Shown here: piece by piece, positions 58,569 through 64,000 of the stretch | How the letters are laid out: each line of letters opens with the position of its first letter | Position numbering within the stretch: the first letter of the stretch is position 1 | Assembly (NCBI GenBank): GCA_963745835.1 | Contig: CAVUZH010000002.1 | Span: 1 to 64,000 of the forward strand | Source: an uncultured delta proteobacterium | GTDB taxonomy: Bacteria; Desulfobacterota; Binatia; UBA9968 | Length of the DNA: 64,000 bases | Direction of reading: 5' to 3' | The notes under the pieces: generated by a model | The model's input: only the letters and a program-made list of their open reading frames with translations | What the model was told of the DNA's origin: nothing | Database searches by the model: none | Program-made: the position numbers and the translations under genes

Positions 58569-59579
58569 GTGAATATGTTGAAGAAAATCCGACTGCTGCT
58601 GGTTTTCGTATTTTTGGCCGCGCCTGCGATCTTGTCTGCTGCAGAACGTCACATCCATACTAGCGCCGGGTTAGGCGGTTCAGGTTTACCTCTTTACGTT
58701 GCGAAGAGCGCCGGCATCTTTGAAAAATATGGGCTCGACGTTGATTTGCTCGTCATTCCCGGCGGACCGCTTGGGATGCAGACCCTTGTTAGCGGCAACA
58801 CTCAGTCCGCCAATATTGCGGCCATGACTCCAATCAGGACAGTTCTGGCGGGCGGGGACATCGTGATGGTTGGCGGGCATCTTAACCGTCAGATGTTCAA
58901 CCTGGTGACCAGAAAAGAAATCCGTAAACCCGAAGATCTGCGCGGAAAAAAAATAGGCGTGGTCAGTCTGGCAGGAACGAATGCGGTCGCTGTTCGCTTA
59001 GTGCTCAAAGAGTGGAAGATTCCTTTCGAGGCGGTGAACTTGCTCGTGGTCGGGGGAAGTCCGACACAATTGGCCGCCCTCGAATCCGGTACGATTGATG
59101 CGGCGGTGCTTACGTACGGCGTAACGAAGGATGCGCTGCGGAAAGGCATGACGGTTTTGGCCGACCTATCCAAGCCAGTGCCGGAATTTCCGGATCGAAC
59201 GATTATTATGCGCCGGTCCTTCTTGATGAAAGAACGAAACCACGTCAAGCGATTCATGCAAGCGCTCAGCGAAGCCATTTATCAGATTAGAACCGCGGAC
59301 AATCAGCGAAGAGAGCAATTTATCGCCATCGCCGGGAAACACCTGAGGGTCAACTTAACGGCGGCCAGGGAGTTCTACGATCTTTACGAAAATGCTTTTT
59401 CCTTTCCCCCGCGTGTTGGCCGAAACGGGATGGCAGCGGTTATAGATCTGATACAGGAGGAAACCGGACGGCCGAAGGCGGAGTTTGAGCTAAGCCGGTT
59501 TCTTGATGAGAGCGTCCTCGATGAACTCGAGAAGGAAGGCTTCTTTAAAAAGTTGGAGTCGGAGTATACGCGAAGATAA
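58569..59579 (+). CDS. ABC-type substrate-binding protein, NMT1/SsuA-like
   Basis: Signal peptide; AGIFEKYGLDV, DLRGKKIGV, FLDESVLDELEKEGFF. Confidence 0.87.
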   Translation: MNMLKKIRLLLVFVFLAAPAILSAAERHIHTSAGLGGSGLPLYVAKSAGIFEKYGLDVDLLVIPGGPLGMQTLVSGNTQSANIAAMTPIRTVLAGGDIVMVGGHLNRQMFNLVTRKEIRKPEDLRGKKIGVVSLAGTNAVAVRLVLKEWKIPFEAVNLLVVGGSPTQLAALESGTIDAAVLTYGVTKDALRKGMTVLADLSKPVPEFPDRTIIMRRSFLMKERNHVKRFMQALSEAIYQIRTADNQRREQFIAIAGKHLRVNLTAAREFYDLYENAFSFPPRVGRNGMAAVIDLIQEETGRPKAEFELSRFLDESVLDELEKEGFFKKLESEYTRR

Positions 59580-59647
59580 AGATTGGGTGTTTTCAAAATT
59601 GGTAGGGGCGGGGCGCCTCTATCTGCGGCTGAAAAGGAGGTCGAGTG

Positions 59648-60517
59648 ATGCAAGCTAGAATCAGACACGTGGCGGTGATGTGCCAGGATGCTCCTCGAGT
59701 GGCCAGGTTTTACGAGCTGCTGTTTGCGCTTACGGCGAAGGCGCAAACTTCGGACGAGCTTCATGCCAAAATGTTCGGCGCGCCGGTTTTAGGGTCGAAG
59801 CGAGTTGTACGACCATACGAGCGAACCATTATCGTGAGTGATGGAAACATCGGATTCGCGTTTCTTAGAAGGGCGCCAGGTTATCCGGGCGGCATTGATC
59901 ATTTTGGTATTGAGGTCGATGATCTCGACACCGTGTTTGCGCGCATGAAAGAGCGCTACCCGAAAGTTGGCGCGGTAAAACGACCGGCCAATCGGCCTTT
60001 CGCGGCTTACAGTTCTCATGATCCGGAAGGTCATTTATTCGATTTGGCGCAGCATGATTCGCAAAATATTAGAGGCGTTTGGAGCGAGACGCCAAGAGGG
60101 CAGGATCGTTACATCAAACATATAACCATTCGCGCCATCGACCCTGAGGCCATGGCCCGATTTTACATGGACGTGTTTGAGTTCCAGGAGGAAGAAAAGG
60201 CTTTAGAGGATCCAAATTTTTATCTCACCGATGGCAAGGTGACTCTGGTCCTGACTCCGTGGAAAATTCAAGATTATCCCGAGGCGGAGCATCGAGGTCC
60301 GGGATTCGATCACGTAGGCTTTAAGGTTGAAAGCGTGGAGACTTTCAAAAAAGATTTGGAAACGGTGATCAGCGTGGATCCGGCGAATCTCGCGCCTCGC
60401 CCAGCCAGCAATATTCCGGAGCAGAAGGTCGTATTGGGGCTGCTGCAGTCATGTCGCTATGGCCAATATCACGTGCCCGACCCTGAGGGAAACTACGTCG
60501 ACGTTGCAGAGCATTGA
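59648..60517 (+). CDS. Two-domain VOC (glyoxalase/extradiol dioxygenase-like) family protein
   Basis: IRHVAV, GIDHFGIEVDD, HDPEG, IKHITI, GFDHVGFKVE, DPEGNYVD. Confidence 0.8.
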   Translation: MQARIRHVAVMCQDAPRVARFYELLFALTAKAQTSDELHAKMFGAPVLGSKRVVRPYERTIIVSDGNIGFAFLRRAPGYPGGIDHFGIEVDDLDTVFARMKERYPKVGAVKRPANRPFAAYSSHDPEGHLFDLAQHDSQNIRGVWSETPRGQDRYIKHITIRAIDPEAMARFYMDVFEFQEEEKALEDPNFYLTDGKVTLVLTPWKIQDYPEAEHRGPGFDHVGFKVESVETFKKDLETVISVDPANLAPRPASNIPEQKVVLGLLQSCRYGQYHVPDPEGNYVDVAEH

Positions 60518-60599
60518 AATAACTCGTCCCGAGTCGCTTAGAAGTCGATTTGCGAGAGTCACGCGGTAGGGCCTTGCTCGATCTTGTGATTGCTGCGCA

Positions 60600-61590
60600 T
60601 TATTTTTTGCTCGGTTTAGCAATGATGTCGAAAAAAACGTTCTGATCATCGAAGGCAAAGCCGGCTAATTCCCCATTATCGTTTAGGGCGTTTACACTTT
60701 GCCAGGTATAGCCTTTAGGATTGTTAATTCGAAGGTAATTTTCATCAGTGTATAAATAGTAAGCTGCGACACCGTTCACCGTTGCATAAATCAGGACCTG
60801 ATCGTTGTTGTTTAGTTGCCGTCGCATCATTGCCATCACTAGAACCGGGCACTCTCAATTCAGTAAACTGTCCGTTGTCCCACAAAAATGCGTGTTGACC
60901 GGTACTGTCGGAGTAATGACCGAGGACTTTTAAACTATTATTGATCGCAACAGCCTCTACCAGCGCTTCTATTGTTGGCGGCAAAATATTCTGATACTGC
61001 GTTCCATCGCTGCTCCGAATGAAGCTGAAAGCCCCAGAATCACCAGACGAACGTCCGACGATCTGCCCAAAATCGTTTATGCCATTTGCAACCGTTGATT
61101 TGGAACCAGGTGCAGTAAATTGGAACAGACTGCCATTTTTACTGCGCAAAAAACCGGTTTGTAGCAGACCTCGATCGTCGTGACAGAATCCAACGATGTC
61201 ACCGTGATTATTGATTCCCGAAGGTGTTGTTAAACGTTGAGTCGCGCCATCGGAGAACACTGCGCATTCAAAGTCTGTGACCTTGCGCTTCTTATCGACA
61301 AAAGAACCGGCAAAATCACCGATGAGCGCCAATTCCCGAGATCGATTAACCGCTGCTATGAATTTACCCTGAAGAGGGAAGACCTCGGTAACAGTGTAAT
61401 TGATCTCGCTGGCGGCGGGAGGCTTCTTACCTGGATTCTCAGGCTTTGTCGCACTCGTAACGATTTGTGCCTGTCCAATTCCTGGAACCATGAATCCGAA
61501 AAGTAAAAGAGCTACAGCAAAACTTTTTATATGATGTTTCTTCTTGTCGCCCGGCGATGAGGAAGCAGCAGAAGCAAGTAGCAGTTTCAT
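60600..61590 (-). CDS. Secreted HAF-repeat (beta-propeller-like) protein with one frameshift near 60815
   Basis: Repeats GINNHGDIVG, GINDFGQIVG, AINNSLKVLG, HAFLW, then LNNNDQV and ALNDNGELAG in the shifted frame; hydrophobic leader. Confidence 0.7.
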
Positions 61591-62243
61591 TTACACCTCC
61601 AAACCTGACGGGTGATTGGCCGAGCACATTCTCTCTCCGCGCGAGTCTCTGGCCACTCTCCCGCTGATTATAGCGGGACAGGATAGCCAATAGTTTCCAA
61701 GGATTACCAATAAATGCCTAGAACCGCATAACATTGTCAGGGTACAAGGTCAATGGTAAAATTTGCGGAGCCTTGCCGCAGGTCAAAAAGAACGTGGAAT
61801 TGATGGTATGTGGGGTAGCTGTGGGGAGAAATTATCCGGCCTTTGGTTCGACTCCAGCGATGGCCGCAGTATTCCGGGAGAGAGCATATGACAACTCAGG
61901 TCCAGTAAAGGATTCGAACACTTGGCCAGATACTCAGTAATCGCCTTGTCGAAAAACTTACGCAGCTCCTTCATCGAAACGCCAGTCGGCGCTGGGCGGA
62001 ATCCGCTGGAGTTTTCGGCCGCGGATCGTCGCTCACAAGCCTGCTCAAGCGATTGGAACCTAGTCGACTACTTCGGCGCCCAAAGAAGCAGCTTTTCGGC
62101 AATCTCCCGCCCATGGGCTGATTCACGGGCTGCAGGTGTATCAGGCGCCGCTTAGGACTCCAGAGTTTCATCGGATCATGTGCGCGCGTAGTGTGCGCGT
62201 CGTATCAGAGGGTATGAAAAATCCTGAGGCTCACGCCTGCAGC

Positions 62244-63311
62244 TTAGAAGGCGTAGCGCACTTCACAGCAAGGTAAGGCGCGTTTTAACGTGCCGAGAAA
62301 AGATTCGACATAGCGGCGCTTCTCATGCACTTTGTAACGCAGGTTCCACATGCCGTTTTGGCTGAGCTTTTTCTGCTGCAGCTCGGGGCGCCACAGCCAG
62401 TCCTCTGCTCTGGGATGCCAGCGTAGGTTGACTTCGTGCAGTGCCGCATTGTGCGTCAGGAAAATGACTTCTGCCTTAAGCTGCTCTTTCGCGGCAGAGG
62501 ACAGCGTCGCATCCAATTTCTCGAAGATCTCGATGTAATCCGTCTCCCAACCGTCATAGACGATCACCGGGGAAAAATTGATATGGACCTCATAGCCTGC
62601 GTCGACGAAATCGTTGATCGCCGCGATCCGGTCGCTTACCGGTGAAGTGCGCACGTCAACCACTTGCGCGAGCCGCTCAGGCATCAGGGAAAAGCGAATA
62701 CGGCTCTTGCCTTGAGGATCGTAGCCGAGCAGATCGCGATTGACGTACTTGGTCGCGAAGCTGCCCTTGCCATTCGGAATATCGCGAAACGTGGCGACGA
62801 GATCGCGCACATTGTCGGAAACCAGGGCATCAACGGACAAGTCGCCGTTCTCCCCAAGATCATAAACCCAGAGTTTGGGATCCACCTGATCTGCTGCCGG
62901 CTTCAAGCCCTGCCGTCTTGCGTGTCGCGCCAGCGCGGCGCAGATCTGCTCGATATTGACGAAAACAGTGATCGGATTGGCATAGCCCTTACGCCGCGGC
63001 ACATAGCAGTAGGCGCAAGCCATGGCGCAGCCGTTTGATGTTGACGGTGCGATAAAGTTGGAACTGCGCTCATTGGGCCGCATGCTCATGCTCTTCTTGA
63101 CGCCGAGTACCAGGGTATGTTGCTTGATGCGCAGCCAGTCTTCAGCGTTACCTTCGTTGCCATAAAGAGTGGGGATTTGTTTGTGCGACGGAACCATGAT
63201 GCGCCGCGCGTCCGGATACCGCGCGAGCACCTGGCGGCCGCGATCATAGGTTTCGACCGCCGGCTCCATATAGATTGTTTGGATGTCGAGAATCTCGCGG
63301 GGAAGTGCCAT
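62244..63311 (-). CDS. Spore photoproduct lyase family radical SAM protein
   Basis: CAMACAYCY (CxxxCxxC), YDLGENGD, SFATKYVN, RIRFSL, NFSPVI. Confidence 0.88.
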   Translation of the reverse strand: MALPREILDIQTIYMEPAVETYDRGRQVLARYPDARRIMVPSHKQIPTLYGNEGNAEDWLRIKQHTLVLGVKKSMSMRPNERSSNFIAPSTSNGCAMACAYCYVPRRKGYANPITVFVNIEQICAALARHARRQGLKPAADQVDPKLWVYDLGENGDLSVDALVSDNVRDLVATFRDIPNGKGSFATKYVNRDLLGYDPQGKSRIRFSLMPERLAQVVDVRTSPVSDRIAAINDFVDAGYEVHINFSPVIVYDGWETDYIEIFEKLDATLSSAAKEQLKAEVIFLTHNAALHEVNLRWHPRAEDWLWRPELQQKKLSQNGMWNLRYKVHEKRRYVESFLGTLKRALPCCEVRYAF

Positions 63312-63657
63312 GCCTCAAGAATCAGTATCGCTGACGGCGGCTTCACCTTCAACAGTGTGCGTCAAAGAGTCCCCTACGACATGGACTTGGTGACGGTCGC
63401 GGTGGTACATAAGGCGAATACCGAAGAGATCCGGCAGAGTGAACAATCATCAGTCACTCGAGATGACGTTCGTTGAGACACCGAGCGCGAATCTCTCCAC
63501 GCAGAATGGACAGGCTGGGGGGACGTGTCTGAAAATCGCCAGCGCGGAACTATCAGAGGCCTTGCTGCCGCTGGCTTTTCTTCAGGCCGATCTCCTTCAT
63601 TTTTCTTGACGCGTTTGCGCCGCTTCGGCTAGCGTGCCGGCAAGACTGGAGGTTCCA

Positions 63658-64000
63658 ATGCCTGTCATTCCGCTGAAAGCTGTGGATCGGGTCGAGGTGC
63701 TAAGCGTCATGGATAATTCCATAGACGTGCTCATGGGAAGCACGCCGGTGGCGCGCCGGCTCAAGCGTTCGCGTGACTCGCACAGCCGGCCGCAACTTCG
63801 CGCCGAGCACGGCGTCTCGATGCTGGTGTCGACCTATGCTGATGGCAACAGAGATAGCTTTCTTTTCGATACCGGCGTGACGCTCGACGGCGTGTTGCAC
63901 AACATGGATGTCCTGGAAATCAAAGGCAACGAGCTGCATGCCGTGGTCTTGAGTCACGGCCACACCGACCACACCCGCGGTCTGATGGGCTTTATTAAAC
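63658..64000 (+). CDS. MBL-fold metallo-hydrolase (COG1237-like), runs past the window end
   Basis: GGAGG RBS; MPVIPLKAVDRVEVLSVMDN, AEHGVS, FLFDTG, VLSHGHTDH. Confidence 0.8.
   Translation, partial: MPVIPLKAVDRVEVLSVMDNSIDVLMGSTPVARRLKRSRDSHSRPQLRAEHGVSMLVSTYADGNRDSFLFDTGVTLDGVLHNMDVLEIKGNELHAVVLSHGHTDHTRGLMGFIK

Noticed and set aside
61783-62171. Short ORFs between the HAF gene and the SplB-like gene
   Set aside because: No recognisable homology; may be a gene remnant but cannot be assigned.

Overview
GC-rich bacterial accessory/catabolic region. The gene content and intergenic repeats resemble Candidatus Binatia (Binatota); this is an inference, as no marker gene is present. The window encodes 14 solute-binding-fold proteins (NMT1/SsuA-like, Bug/TctC, AfuA-like, TAXI) but no permease or transporter ATPase for them. 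These are interleaved with catabolic enzymes: four MmgE/PrpD proteins, a TcuA-like flavoprotein, three amidohydrolases, two PuuE-like deacetylases, DUF1989, an isochorismatase, a cupin dioxygenase, a VOC protein, an ADH and PrpE. An HUH/Y1 RAYT-type transposase lies between ~24-bp terminal inverted repeats. Solitary copies of those ends sit at gene boundaries across the window, and many intergenic regions are decayed copies of gene ends found elsewhere in the window. This points to a possible RAYT/TIR-linked gene-shuffling system, which is the main hypothesis. Several genes carry single-base frameshifts that may be long-read assembly errors. No rRNA, tRNA or CRISPR array was seen.
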